A stretch of DNA of 32,000 nucleotides from Candidatus Helarchaeota ASGARD archaeon Hel_GB_B (GCA_005191425.1 SUPR01000003.1:30001-62000); one strand, 5' to 3'. Counted from the first letter of the stretch, positions 1 through 10,364 are shown. Numbers and translations: made by a program. Notes: a model not told the origin generated them from the letters alone.

Positions 1-1774
1 AGATGGAGTCAAGGAAATGAAGACTCCCGAGGAGGATCGCCAGAAATTTGTGTTGTCTGATGAGCAAATTTTAGAGTTAGCTGAATATGTAATACGTATT
101 GAAGATCATTATAAAAAACCAATGGATATTGAATGGGGTTTGGACGGGCTATCGAATAAAATATTTATTCTTCAAGCTCGGCCAGAAACAGTTCATTCCC
201 AGAGAAAAAATTTCATTGAACTTTATAAATTACAAGAACATGGTAAAATTTTAGTTACAGGAGAAGCAGTTGGCTCTAAAATAGGCGAAGGAGCAGTAAA
301 CATAATTCCATCAGTTAAAGATATTGGAAAGTTCAAAAAAGGACAAGTTCTTGTAACTGAAATGACCAATCCTGATTTTGAACCAATTATGAAAATTGCC
401 GCTGGAATAGTCACGGATCGTGGTGGAAGGACCTGTCATGCTGCGATAGTATCAAGAGAACTAGGTATTCCATGTGTTATCGGCACAGAAAATGCAACTG
501 AAATTTTAAAAGCTGGTCAGAATATAACAGTTGATTGTAGTGAAGGTCGCGGAATTGTTTATGAAGGGCTATTAAAATTCGAATTATCAAAAGTTGAACT
601 CGATAAAATTCCAGAAACAAAAACTCAAATAATGATGAATGTTGGTATTCCAGAAAAAGCTTTTATTTTAGGTCAATTACCCCATAAAGGTGTTGGACTA
701 GCAAGACTTGAATTTATAATAAATTCACATATACAAATTCACCCCACATTCCTTTTAAAATATTCTAATATAAAAGATTGGGTAACTGGTAAATCCAAAA
801 ACTTAGATCTAGATAAAGAATTTGCTGATGTGATACGGTCTGATGAAGAATTAAAGGAAATGAAAAAATATTATGAAGATCTATTACCAACAGTCAAAAA
901 ATTAACGAGAGGTTATGAGGACAAATCAAAATATTTTATAGATATTCTAGCTCAAGGAATTGGAAAAATCGCTGCTGCATTTCACCCTTACCCTGTCATC
1001 GTCAGATTATCTGACTTCAAAACTAATGAATATGCTAATTTAATTGGTGGGAAATATTTTGAGCCTGAAGAAAATAACCCCATGATCGGGTGGCGAGGAG
1101 CTTCCAGATATTATAGTGAAAAATATAGAGAATCGTTCAGGTTAGAATGCTTGGCACTTAAAAAAGTTAGAGATGAAATGAAACTTACCAATGTAAAAGT
1201 GATGATCCCATTCTGTAGAACACCAGAAGAAGGCGAAAAAGTTATAAATATCATGAAAGATTTCGGACTTGTTCAAGGTGAAAACGGACTTGAAGTTTAT
1301 GTAATGTGTGAAATTCCCAGTAATGTAATTTTAGCTGATGTATACTCTAAAATCTTCGATGGTTTCTCAATTGGTAGCAATGATTTAACACAATTAACTT
1401 TAGGACTGGACCGAGATAGTGAACTAGTACAATCATTATTTAATGAGCGCCATGAAGCAGTTAAAAAGATGTTGAAAATGGTAATTGAAATAGCAAACAA
1501 AAATAATAAAAAGATCGGTATATGTGGACAAGGCCCAAGCGATTTTCCAAGTTTAGCTGCATTTCTTGTGGAATGTGGGATCAATTCAATGTCTTTAAAT
1601 TCGGATGTAGTTGTTCAGACTATTGGTCTAGTAAAAATTCTTGAGCATGCCATGTCTGAAGGTAAAACTTTTTCAGACCTAACTCCTGACTACATAAAAT
1701 CCGTCCCCAATGTAGATAAAAATTTAAAACAATTAGCAATCGCAATGATTGAAAATGAAAATAAAAACTCGTAA
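1..1774 (+). CDS. ppsA: Phosphoenolpyruvate synthase (pyruvate, water dikinase), 5'-truncated by the window edge
   Basis: Motifs PMDIEW, ILQARPETV, phospho-His TCHAAIVSRE, GLARLEF, NPMIGWRGA, MCEIPSN, FSIGSNDLTQL and GICGQGPS. The frame is open from base 2 (DGVKE-M), so the real start lies upstream of the window. Confidence 0.97.
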   Translation, partial: DGVKEMKTPEEDRQKFVLSDEQILELAEYVIRIEDHYKKPMDIEWGLDGLSNKIFILQARPETVHSQRKNFIELYKLQEHGKILVTGEAVGSKIGEGAVNIIPSVKDIGKFKKGQVLVTEMTNPDFEPIMKIAAGIVTDRGGRTCHAAIVSRELGIPCVIGTENATEILKAGQNITVDCSEGRGIVYEGLLKFELSKVELDKIPETKTQIMMNVGIPEKAFILGQLPHKGVGLARLEFIINSHIQIHPTFLLKYSNIKDWVTGKSKNLDLDKEFADVIRSDEELKEMKKYYEDLLPTVKKLTRGYEDKSKYFIDILAQGIGKIAAAFHPYPVIVRLSDFKTNEYANLIGGKYFEPEENNPMIGWRGASRYYSEKYRESFRLECLALKKVRDEMKLTNVKVMIPFCRTPEEGEKVINIMKDFGLVQGENGLEVYVMCEIPSNVILADVYSKIFDGFSIGSNDLTQLTLGLDRDSELVQSLFNERHEAVKKMLKMVIEIANKNNKKIGICGQGPSDFPSLAAFLVECGINSMSLNSDVVVQTIGLVKILEHAMSEGKTFSDLTPDYIKSVPNVDKNLKQLAIAMIENENKNS

Positions 1775-2140
1775 TTAACTTTCCATTTTATTTAATTTTT
1801 TTTCTTCGTTAGTTAGGTCAATCAAGACATTTCTTACTATTTTTCTCCATTTAAGCACCTGGGGAATAATTGACTTAACATTATTGAATTCTATCTTTTT
1901 ATCTTGTTCTATCCTCGTTAATCTATTTAACCAGACATTCATCTGTAAAAGAACTGGTACCAATTCATTTACCTTCTTTTTACTTAAAAATTGTATCAAA
2001 CGTTCTCGTGAATCTGCTAGAGCAAAATATATTGTCCTGACACTTTTGGTCAAAATTATTTTATTTAGAGCATCGTCTAATGGATTTAATAATTGAATTA
2101 CATGTAATATAAATTCATCTTTATCTTCATTTTCGCCCAT
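1775..2140 (-). CDS. Small helical hypothetical protein (121 aa)
   Basis: ATG-started ORF with normal protein composition that fills the gap convergent to ppsA; the two stop codons abut. No family recognised. Confidence 0.75.
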   Translation of the reverse strand: MGENEDKDEFILHVIQLLNPLDDALNKIILTKSVRTIYFALADSRERLIQFLSKKKVNELVPVLLQMNVWLNRLTRIEQDKKIEFNNVKSIIPQVLKWRKIVRNVLIDLTNEEKKLNKMES

Positions 2141-2428
2141 AATGAGCCGTCCTTTATCATCAATGTTTTAAAGTAGATAGTCGTAAGTTTTTTATGTAAA
2201 TTATCAATTATTTTCAAAACCTTATAGTATATACTTAAACTTTTTTTACTTATTTATTATATTAGTTTCTATTATCAACATTCCATCTTTTAAAATATTT
2301 AATGGTTTTTTTATTAAAATGCATAAAATTTTTAAAATGTTATCGATATCTGAAATTATTACTCAAACAAAAAACATATTTATTTATAAAAATAATTCCA
2401 ACATCCACTTAAAAAAGGTGCTTAAAAA

Positions 2429-2992
2429 ATGCCAAGAAGACCATGGAAATGTTATAGAGAATTGTCTAAAAAGGCATATGTCTTAAAACAGAAAAAAACT
2501 AAAAAAATGCGAAGAATGTATGTTAGAGGTGTCCCTGACCCTAAAATAAGAATTTTTACCATGGGTAAAAGAGACCCAGAATTCGATTACGTCGTCAAAT
2601 TAACAATTACTGAATTAGGCAATATTAACAACCTCTCATTAGAAGCTGCCAGAATAGCAGCTAACCGGTACATGCGAAAAATGGTCGGCACTTCAAATTA
2701 TTATCTAAAAATTTTGTTATACCCGTTCCACGTAATCCGAGAACACAAGATGATGGCATTTGCAGGTGCTGACCGTCTTCAAGATGGTATGCGAAAAGCA
2801 TTTGGTAAAGCCTGTGGGACAGCAGTTAGAATTAACCGCAAAAATAAAGATATTATGCTTATTAGAGTTAAAAAACAGAACATAAATTTTGCTAAAGAAG
2901 CACTAAGACGGGCAAAAATGAAATATCCCTTAAAAAGTGTCATCTCAGTTCTATCTTACCAAGAATATAAAGATCAAGGCGGAGTATTTTAA
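2429..2992 (+). CDS. rpl10e: 50S ribosomal protein L10e (uL16)
   Basis: MPRRPWKCYR start, GVPDPKIRIF, LEAARIAANRY, YPFHVIREHKM, GADRLQDGMRKAFGK and ALRRAKMKYP. SD-like AAGGTG upstream. Confidence 0.97.
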   Translation: MPRRPWKCYRELSKKAYVLKQKKTKKMRRMYVRGVPDPKIRIFTMGKRDPEFDYVVKLTITELGNINNLSLEAARIAANRYMRKMVGTSNYYLKILLYPFHVIREHKMMAFAGADRLQDGMRKAFGKACGTAVRINRKNKDIMLIRVKKQNINFAKEALRRAKMKYPLKSVISVLSYQEYKDQGGVF

Positions 2993-3138
2993 TAAACAAA
3001 TTTTTAATTATTCCTGTTATCATCTAATTTTGTTTATCATCATTATCATATACTCTTTATTTTAAAAATAACTTTTAATAATTGTTTTAAGATTTATAAT
3101 TGTTATAATTTTTTAAAAATTTTAATTGTGGTTATATA

Positions 3139-3723
3139 ATGGAAAAATTCTTAAATAAATATGCAGGTTATTTGGTCAATGGGGAAGGTATTAACTATCT
3201 AATAAATAACAAATGCGATTGTTGCCCTGATAATAACAGATATCTAGAAATTAATCCATTTAACAAAGATAATATCTCGTCTGTGAGTCTAGACATATGT
3301 ATTGGACGGTATTTATGGGAATTTATAGATAAAAAAATCACGCATTTCGACAATGCGAATGATGATATTAAAGAATTTTTGGACAAATATACCAGACGTT
3401 ATGACTTGGTTAAGGATTTGGGTGGAAAATTGGTAATCCATAAAGACCAATTTTTTTTATTGGAGATTTTTGAAGCCATCAAATTTAATAGACATGTAAG
3501 TGGCCAAATTTTGGGAAAATCTTCTATTGCTAGACTAGGTCTGATCATTCAAACAGCAAGTATAATAAATCCAATGCAAAAACAAAAATTAATTTTAGAA
3601 ATCAAAAATATCTCGCCAATAACTCTAACTTTTAATTATAAAGACCCTATTGCTCAGATTCAATTTTACTATTTTCCAACTCCAATAGAAAAACATTATC
3701 AAAAATATGGTAGGTTTAAATAA
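3139..3723 (+). CDS. dcd: dCTP deaminase / trimeric dUTPase-fold protein
   Basis: SSVSLDICIG, GKSSIARLGL (GRSSLARLG motif), LILEIKN with the catalytic Glu, and PIAQIQF. Confidence 0.8.
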   Translation: MEKFLNKYAGYLVNGEGINYLINNKCDCCPDNNRYLEINPFNKDNISSVSLDICIGRYLWEFIDKKITHFDNANDDIKEFLDKYTRRYDLVKDLGGKLVIHKDQFFLLEIFEAIKFNRHVSGQILGKSSIARLGLIIQTASIINPMQKQKLILEIKNISPITLTFNYKDPIAQIQFYYFPTPIEKHYQKYGRFK

Positions 3724-3944
3724 TCTTCTAATCTAATCATGCACTTTTTATTTATCAAGAACTTTTTCAATTTAGATAAAAATTTGGGAATTTTTGACTA
3801 TTTGATTAGTAGATTAAATAAAATTACTATCATTTAGTTTCAAATTTACGTCTAGTATTAAAAGAATTATTTTTAAAATGGATAGAAATATAAAAAATCT
3901 ATTAAATTTAGTTAAAAATATATGTTTTTATAATTTTTTGAATT

Positions 3945-5111
3945 TTAAAAAGAAACAGGTCTACACCGTGCTGTCCACGAACTATTAAGTAAACTTGCGA
4001 AAAAGTCAATTTGATTTTCAGACTGTACTATTAACCCAGATACGCTCTTATTACTTCCAATTGGCGCAAACATTAAAATCTCCAAATCTTTATTGATAGC
4101 CCATAGGTCTTTTTCTGGATATAATTTAATCTCGATATTGTTCATAGAATTATATTTATTGAATAATTCTACGTGTTTTGAATTAGTTCGGTCAATGAAA
4201 GTCGCTAATTTAATGCGAATAGTACTTTTTAAGTTTTCTAAATTTAACTCTTCAATAAAATCAATGGTAGGAATAAAAATCATACCAGTCGATTTCAAAT
4301 CTTCAATCAGTCTTTTAATCCCTTCTATAGCACTAGCTTCTGTAAGTATTATATTTCCGCTATTTCCAGCAGGTATTACTTCCGCTTTTTCTCCTTCATA
4401 TTGTTGTAGTCTTTTTTCAAGTTCTGCAATTTTTATCTCTTTAATTTTAAGTTCTGTTTTTAAATTAACATCACCGTCAGCCAATTTTTCTTCTAAATCC
4501 CTAATAATCTTATCTTTTTCAAAGATTATTTTTTCTAATTCCTTAATTTTTTCTTTAAGTTCATCTAAAGCTGATCTTGAAATTAAATCTGAAGTTTGGG
4601 ACTTAACTTTACCTAATTCTATTTCTAAATCTCTAATTTTATTTGTCAATTCCTTGATTTTTTCTTCTCGCTCATTAATTATACTTTCAAATTTCTTCTC
4701 TTTTTCCGAAATCTCGTTTTTCATATCATAGATTTTATTTTTCAATAAAGAAGTCTGATTTTCCCATTCAGTATTAATTCTTAAAAGTTGCTCATTTTTA
4801 TCATTAATTTCCTGATTTGCAGATGTTAACTCTTTTTGTTGCGATATAATTGATACTTGTTGATCCCTTATGACACTATCTTGTTCAGTAATTGTAGATT
4901 GCTGCTCAGCAATTGTACTCTGTTGTTGCGTAATTATTTTTTGCTTTTCCTCATTTAATGCCTGTTCCTTCTTTAGAAGTTCCTCTAAATTCTGGACAGA
5001 ACTTTTTAAAGATGTGATAATTTCTTTTTGATCCTTTAATAATTTTTCCTGAATTAAAACTCTCTGTTTTATAGGTAAATTTTCAGTTGGGTCTGCCATT
5101 TTGAACACCAT
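3945..5111 (-). CDS. Long coiled-coil protein with a C-terminal globular (TrmB-effector/PLD-like?) domain
   Basis: About 240 aa of E/K/Q-rich heptads followed by a ~135-aa alpha/beta domain ending ...FFASLLNSSW. The fold assignment is from memory and tentative. Confidence 0.75.
   Translation of the reverse strand: MVFKMADPTENLPIKQRVLIQEKLLKDQKEIITSLKSSVQNLEELLKKEQALNEEKQKIITQQQSTIAEQQSTITEQDSVIRDQQVSIISQQKELTSANQEINDKNEQLLRINTEWENQTSLLKNKIYDMKNEISEKEKKFESIINEREEKIKELTNKIRDLEIELGKVKSQTSDLISRSALDELKEKIKELEKIIFEKDKIIRDLEEKLADGDVNLKTELKIKEIKIAELEKRLQQYEGEKAEVIPAGNSGNIILTEASAIEGIKRLIEDLKSTGMIFIPTIDFIEELNLENLKSTIRIKLATFIDRTNSKHVELFNKYNSMNNIEIKLYPEKDLWAINKDLEILMFAPIGSNKSVSGLIVQSENQIDFFASLLNSSWTARCRPVSF
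4862..4945. repeat. Imperfect 21-nt tandem repeat inside the coiled-coil gene (heptads QQSTIAE/QQSTITE/QDSVIRD/QQVSIIS)
   Basis: Units such as TCAGTAATTGTAGATTGCTGC and TCAGCAATTGTACTCTGTTGT recur at 21-nt spacing. Confidence 0.65.
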
Positions 5112-6518
5112 TTAATAATTATCCTATCTACTATATTAGTTTTCCAATATTAATAACAAAATAGATTTTAATTGAAATTTTTTAAAACTATTTACTATTG
5201 ATAATTAATATTTTAATACTTAAATTAATGAATTTTAAAAGTTGTTTTGAAACTATTATAAAATTATTATCTGTATTTTTCTATAAATTTTCTATGTTCT
5301 TTTTAATGATTTTTTATATTATATACTTTATTTTGTTATCAATAATTGATTTTTTTAATAATAAATAATAGTCATTAATTTGAAACCAACAATTTAAAGA
5401 ATAATACCACTTTAAAAATTAATGTTTTAAATTTTATTTTGGAAATTATCATTCATATTATAAATAATAAGGTAAAATAATTGTTGTATTTTACTAATAT
5501 TAAACTAAAAGTAATATTTTTTATTCCAAATACTATAACCCATCATTCTTCAATTGTAAATTATTATTTTCCAAAAATCTTTTCATTTCGTTAATTGTCT
5601 ATCGATTAAAATTCTTAATATAATAATTTACCTTGAATTTTGAATTAACGTGCGTTTTTTATATGTTCAAATTTATTTAATATTTTATATTCTTAAATGT
5701 ATTAAATAGCGCCTCTTTATTTTATTTCTAAAGTTTTTAACCATTAATTTAATAAAATTTTTCAAGATATTGTTCATACTACTATTTTTTTACTTTATTT
5801 AAATAGTATATTTATCCAACTATGAATTTTTTTGTTTAGTTTTTTAATAAATTTGAAAAATTGGAAGTTAAATTCTGATTGATAAGTAATTTTTGTTTTA
5901 AAAATCTGTTAATTAAATTTTTTTTATTCCGTACTAATGTCAAATTTTTAAAAAATTCTAATTATATTGCTTTCAAACTTTTTTCCAGCATATTATCATT
6001 TAGTTTAATAAATTTCATATTAAAATTTTAAGGATTTAATAAAAAATATTAATTTTTATTGTTGATAACATTATTCCCCTTTTAAATTTAATCAGGAAAG
6101 TCTAATTAAAACTTTTTAATTAACTTGATTTCTCATGAAAATTTTAAATAATCTACTCAATTACAAGAGATTTGGATAAATATGAAAAAAATATGTTATA
6201 TAATTGTATTTCAGATAAATTATTGTTAATAAAAAATAATAACCATTTTATGATGATATTAAAGATTTTATAATATTAATAATTTACCTTTACATGTCAA
6301 ATATAAATGGTATTAATATTTCATAAATTGAGATCTTTTAAAACAATCAAGCAATATGTTTGAAAAGGTATTATTTATATACATTAATGGATAAAGAATC
6401 TTAAAAAAATTCAATGAAAAAAATAAAAAATAATGTTTAAATTTAAAAACTAATGAATTGAATTTAAAATATTATTAAAAAGCTAAAATTAGAACAAAAA
6501 ACCATCGGTGAGACTATT

Positions 6519-6863
6519 ATGGTAGATATAGATTTCTTAGAAGAAAAAATTGGTAAAAAATTAAAAGGGAAACCAACATTAGTTGACATTTGGGCGCAGT
6601 GGTGTGGTCCATGTCTGTATTTATCTCCATATATCGACGAAATACACAAAAAATATGAAGATAAATTGAATATCGTTAGAGTTAATACAGAAGAGGGACC
6701 TGGTCGCGAAATTTTTATGCATTACGCACAACCACTCGGAGTGAACGGTATTCCATTCATATTGTTTTTTGATAAAGATGGCAATTTGAAAGAACACGTC
6801 CTAGGTGCATATATTGAAAAAATTCAAGAAACAGCTGATAAAATAGTAAGTGCTTCAGGTTAA
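6519..6863 (+). CDS. trxA: Thioredoxin
   Basis: LVDIWAQWCGPC active site and the cis-Pro GIPF motif. SD GGTGA upstream of the ATG. Confidence 0.93.
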   Translation: MVDIDFLEEKIGKKLKGKPTLVDIWAQWCGPCLYLSPYIDEIHKKYEDKLNIVRVNTEEGPGREIFMHYAQPLGVNGIPFILFFDKDGNLKEHVLGAYIEKIQETADKIVSASG

Positions 6864-6932
6864 AAACAATAGAAAAGATATAGATATAATACCTTCTAAT
6901 TTTCAAATTTAAATAATAAATTTTAAATCATT

Positions 6933-8390
6933 TTATTCTTCAATTTTTTTTCCGAGTTGTTCTCTATATTTTTTATACCAATAAAGGTGCGATAATGCTC
7001 TTGCAGCTGAAGCTACATCATGAAATGCTGGAATATGCTTTTTAATAAATCTAAGTCTGTCCCAAATACGTTCTTCTTCAAATGTTGTTGGTGGGAATGC
7101 GACTAAAATTGGTTTTTTAAACTGAGATTCTTTTCTTAATTTTCTTATTTCTCCCAGAATTGTTTTATAAAAAACTTCATGAAAATCTTCGATCCCAAAT
7201 CTGTTTGTCATATAAATATATTGAATTGCAACTTCGATAATAATTGAATCAATATTTTCATCTTCTCCTAATGTGGACAGTGCCGATCTTAGTGATCTTA
7301 AGTCGAAATAAGAGCCAGCCAAATCTAATGGATTTGTAATATTAATACCAACAGATTGAACTGTTTGTTTAAGTTTTTCAATAGATTTGGTAGAAAGCTT
7401 GGGTATATTCAGACCAAATTTAGCACAAGCATCTGTATTTATAACCGAACTTCCACCGCTTACTGCCATTAGTCCCACATTATTTCCTCGCGGATATCGG
7501 CAATAATGAAAAATGAGTAAAGATTCTACAAGTTCGTCAAAACTGTAAACTGGTATTGCTCCTGATTGGTGTATCATCGAATCCCAAATTTTAATAGAAG
7601 TTGAAATTGCCCCTGTATGTGATTGGGCTGCCTTTGCACCACTCTCTGTTAACCCTCCTTTCAATATAATTACAGGTTTAACTGGAGTTGTTTTCCTTAT
7701 AGCTTCAAAAAATTCATGTCCATTACGTGGCCCTTCAATATACATTCCAATATATTTTGTTTTTTTGTCCATTCTGAAATAATTTATAAAATCTGCTGCT
7801 GTCAGATCAACGGCATTTCCAAAACTTACCATTTTAGAAAAATACAATCTAAAAGTAGAACATCGTAGTCCTAAAGAAATGGCATTTCCACCACTCTGCG
7901 ATATAAATCCTACATCTCCACTATTACTAGGAAAATCAGGTCTAAATGAAATTCCACTTTCAGGGCAATAAAAACCAAGACAATTAGGCCCTACTATTCT
8001 TGTTTTTGTGCCTTTTATTAGTTCTTTAAGTTCATTCTCTAATCTAATTCCTTCGGCGGTACCTGTTTCAGAAAATCCTGATGAAAAAATTATACAGACA
8101 TTTACTTCTTTATCTATGCACTGTTCAACTGTTTTCAATACCAATTTTCTGGGAACAGCAATAATCGCATTATCAATTTTGTCTGGTACATCTAAAATTG
8201 AAGGAAAAAACTTGATACCCAATGCGGACTTATATTTTGGATTAATAGGAAAAATTTTACCCATATAATTTATTGATATCATATTTCTAATCCAAAAGAA
8301 TCCTGAACGACTTGTTTCTCCTATAATTGCTACCGAATCTGGATGAAAATACTTATTTATTGTTTCATATAATTTTTTGTCGTCATTCAT
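6933..8390 (-). CDS. acdA: ADP-forming acetate/acyl-CoA synthetase, alpha subunit (CoA-binding plus ligase domains)
   Basis: FHPDSVAIIG, PINPK, IIFSSGFSE, RIVGPNCLG, SQSGG, VSFGNAVDL, phospho-His AAQSHTGA, SGGSSV and NPLDL. No ATP-grasp domain. Confidence 0.9.
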   Translation of the reverse strand: MNDDKKLYETINKYFHPDSVAIIGETSRSGFFWIRNMISINYMGKIFPINPKYKSALGIKFFPSILDVPDKIDNAIIAVPRKLVLKTVEQCIDKEVNVCIIFSSGFSETGTAEGIRLENELKELIKGTKTRIVGPNCLGFYCPESGISFRPDFPSNSGDVGFISQSGGNAISLGLRCSTFRLYFSKMVSFGNAVDLTAADFINYFRMDKKTKYIGMYIEGPRNGHEFFEAIRKTTPVKPVIILKGGLTESGAKAAQSHTGAISTSIKIWDSMIHQSGAIPVYSFDELVESLLIFHYCRYPRGNNVGLMAVSGGSSVINTDACAKFGLNIPKLSTKSIEKLKQTVQSVGINITNPLDLAGSYFDLRSLRSALSTLGEDENIDSIIIEVAIQYIYMTNRFGIEDFHEVFYKTILGEIRKLRKESQFKKPILVAFPPTTFEEERIWDRLRFIKKHIPAFHDVASAARALSHLYWYKKYREQLGKKIEE

Positions 8391-8506
8391 TTAGGTTCAC
8401 ATTTGAATAACTTTAAAATATAATTTTTAAAAGATATTATAAAGATTTTTAAATAAACTTCGGGATATCCTAACTTCTAAGATTTATATTTTTTTTAAAT
8501 AATAAT

Positions 8507-9163
8507 TTATTTTTCATGAGGTGGTCTAATAAAAATATAATATTTATCAGTATTTTTTAGTTCTATTAGAACTCGTTTCATAATCATAATATCTGGCTCT
8601 CCTATTTTTGAAACTCTTTCAGTTAAATCCTTGAAATTTTTAAATTTCGCTTTTTTGCGTTCATTAATAATATCCCACATTAATTTTTTACCAATACCTG
8701 GAAGTAGTTCTAATTGGTGTTTTCTAGTGGTGATAGGGCGTGAATTATTAAAAAAATTCACAAACTGTTCTTCATTATCTCTAATTATATTTAAAATAGT
8801 ATCTTCTAGTTCAAATTTAGCGTTAGCAGTTAATTCATCATATGAAATCCTTCCTTTAATATGGTCTATAATGTCTCTTTGTCCAGAACCAATATATAAT
8901 TTATCTCGTATTTTAATTTGGGATTTATATGACTTTCTTGGGACTAATTCTAGCAATGTAAAATAATTAATGCCGATAGACTGAATTATCGGTTCTGTTT
9001 TAAAAGATTTAGCACGAGATTCAGCATGACCGCGAGGTAAATAATCCAGTACAATGACATAATCTTCAAATTTTTTCATAGGTTGCTGTCGAAGTTGTTT
9101 ATTACCAATATATGTTTTATTATTCTTCTTGTGATTAAAATTATCTAAATTCTTACCCATCAT
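8507..9163 (-). CDS. DUF655 family putative nucleic-acid-binding protein
   Basis: EDYVIVLDYLP.G, Q.IG..YFTLLEL, ITTRKHQLELLPGIGKKLMW.I and F..F.DL.ERV. Conserved position after rpo4. The start could be the later Met (MKKFEDY). Confidence 0.92.
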   Translation of the reverse strand: MMGKNLDNFNHKKNNKTYIGNKQLRQQPMKKFEDYVIVLDYLPRGHAESRAKSFKTEPIIQSIGINYFTLLELVPRKSYKSQIKIRDKLYIGSGQRDIIDHIKGRISYDELTANAKFELEDTILNIIRDNEEQFVNFFNNSRPITTRKHQLELLPGIGKKLMWDIINERKKAKFKNFKDLTERVSKIGEPDIMIMKRVLIELKNTDKYYIFIRPPHEK

Positions 9164-9502
9164 CTCACCACTTGTTCATTTTAATCTAAAAAATTAGTTA
9201 TCTGTTCATCTTTTTTTTTGTAATTTTATCCTTTTCCCCTATATACATTTGTAGACCTATTTATCACTAAATCTATTAATTCATTTATATTTTCATTTAT
9301 GTTTTTTATTAATTTATTTAAAAATTTGATATTCATTGTGCATCAATTAATATTTTACACCAAATGATATAAAAATTTTTTATTAATAAAAAAATTATAA
9401 AAATAAATTTAACGAAGAACTATAATATTATTACTTTTTAAAAACTAGTGTATTAATTTAAGACCTATTTAGAGTTTTGTATTGACGCAAAAAATAAGTC
9501 TT

Positions 9503-9874
9503 TTATTCGTTCTCAATTTTTTCTTTATAAATTTGTATTAAATTTAGTAATTCCTCTTTTTGTTCATCTGAGAGTTTTATGGGGTCTTTTTTTAGAAATA
9601 TTTCTAATTCATCCACTAAACTGGGAAGGTATCTTAAATTAACAATTTGTGTCGCTGTATTAATTGACAGACCGAATCGTTGAACAATTTCATTTCTAAA
9701 TTTCAATGCATCTTCAAGTGATAATTTGCAAAATTCATTTACATAGTTATATGTCATTTTTTGAAGGTATGATAATTCTTCTGGATTATTTTTTGAACGA
9801 TTTTTTAATATTTCCTTTACTTCAGCTAAAGTTAATATCTCCTCACTAATAATTTTTTTACGAAAATTAATCAC
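9503..9874 (-). CDS. rpo4: RNA polymerase subunit Rpo4 (RpoF, Rpb4 homologue)
   Basis: KIISEEILTLAEVKEIL and ELSYLQK.T..Y...F.KLS.E.A. Located between rpl21e and DUF655. GTG start. Confidence 0.9.
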   Translation of the reverse strand: MINFRKKIISEEILTLAEVKEILKNRSKNNPEELSYLQKMTYNYVNEFCKLSLEDALKFRNEIVQRFGLSINTATQIVNLRYLPSLVDELEIFLKKDPIKLSDEQKEELLNLIQIYKEKIENE

Positions 9875-9911
9875 GACCTTTTTTTTAATTAAATTAGGAA
9901 TATTTTAAATC

Positions 9912-10226
9912 TTACAATTTTTGCAAGCGGAAATGTTCGGGCCGAATAATCAATGTTTTTACCCTGTTTCCATCTTTGACATTAATAACGTAAGCTCGAC
10001 CTCGTTGCCCGACTATAGTACCTGTTCTACCGTGGAATCTATAAAATGGTTGACCTTTATGTTGGCTTGGGTCAATAATTATATCTACTTTAGTACCAGG
10101 TGTATATTTATCGCGTAGTAATAAATACCGTAAACTTCGCACTTGGCCTTTTTGACGTACTTTTTTCTTATGAATTGTCCTAGTGTGTCTTGCTTTAAAT
10201 CCGTTTGATTTTTTCATGTAGACCAC
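9912..10226 (-). CDS. rpl21e: 50S ribosomal protein L21e
   Basis: KSNGFKARHTR, G.KVDIIIDPS.HKGQPF.RFHGRTGTIVGQRGRAY and LIIRPEHF. The true start is probably the ATG at 10217. Confidence 0.97.
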   Translation of the reverse strand: MVYMKKSNGFKARHTRTIHKKKVRQKGQVRSLRYLLLRDKYTPGTKVDIIIDPSQHKGQPFYRFHGRTGTIVGQRGRAYVINVKDGNRVKTLIIRPEHFRLQKL

Positions 10227-10364
10227 ACAATACCGAATTTATTTTTAATATTAAAGGATTATTTTTAAATCTTTTTTCATTATGAATTTTTTTATAAAAC
10301 ATTAATTCATTTTAAATTAATCCAAAATAAATCAATTGAAACTAAACTATTTATTCAAAAAAGA

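Noticed and set aside
4093-4731. 212-aa plus-strand ORF and the other short ORFs antisense to real genes (e.g. 223-414, 1297-1584, 8008-8268, 8631-8966, 22116-22496, 23497-23808)
   Set aside because: These are S/F/I/L-rich mirror translations of K/E-rich genes on the opposite strand.
5112-6518. Replication origin with ORB repeats
   Set aside because: Only scattered TTCCA/TGGAA words expected in AT-rich DNA are present. There is no full ORB consensus and no cdc6/orc1 gene adjacent.
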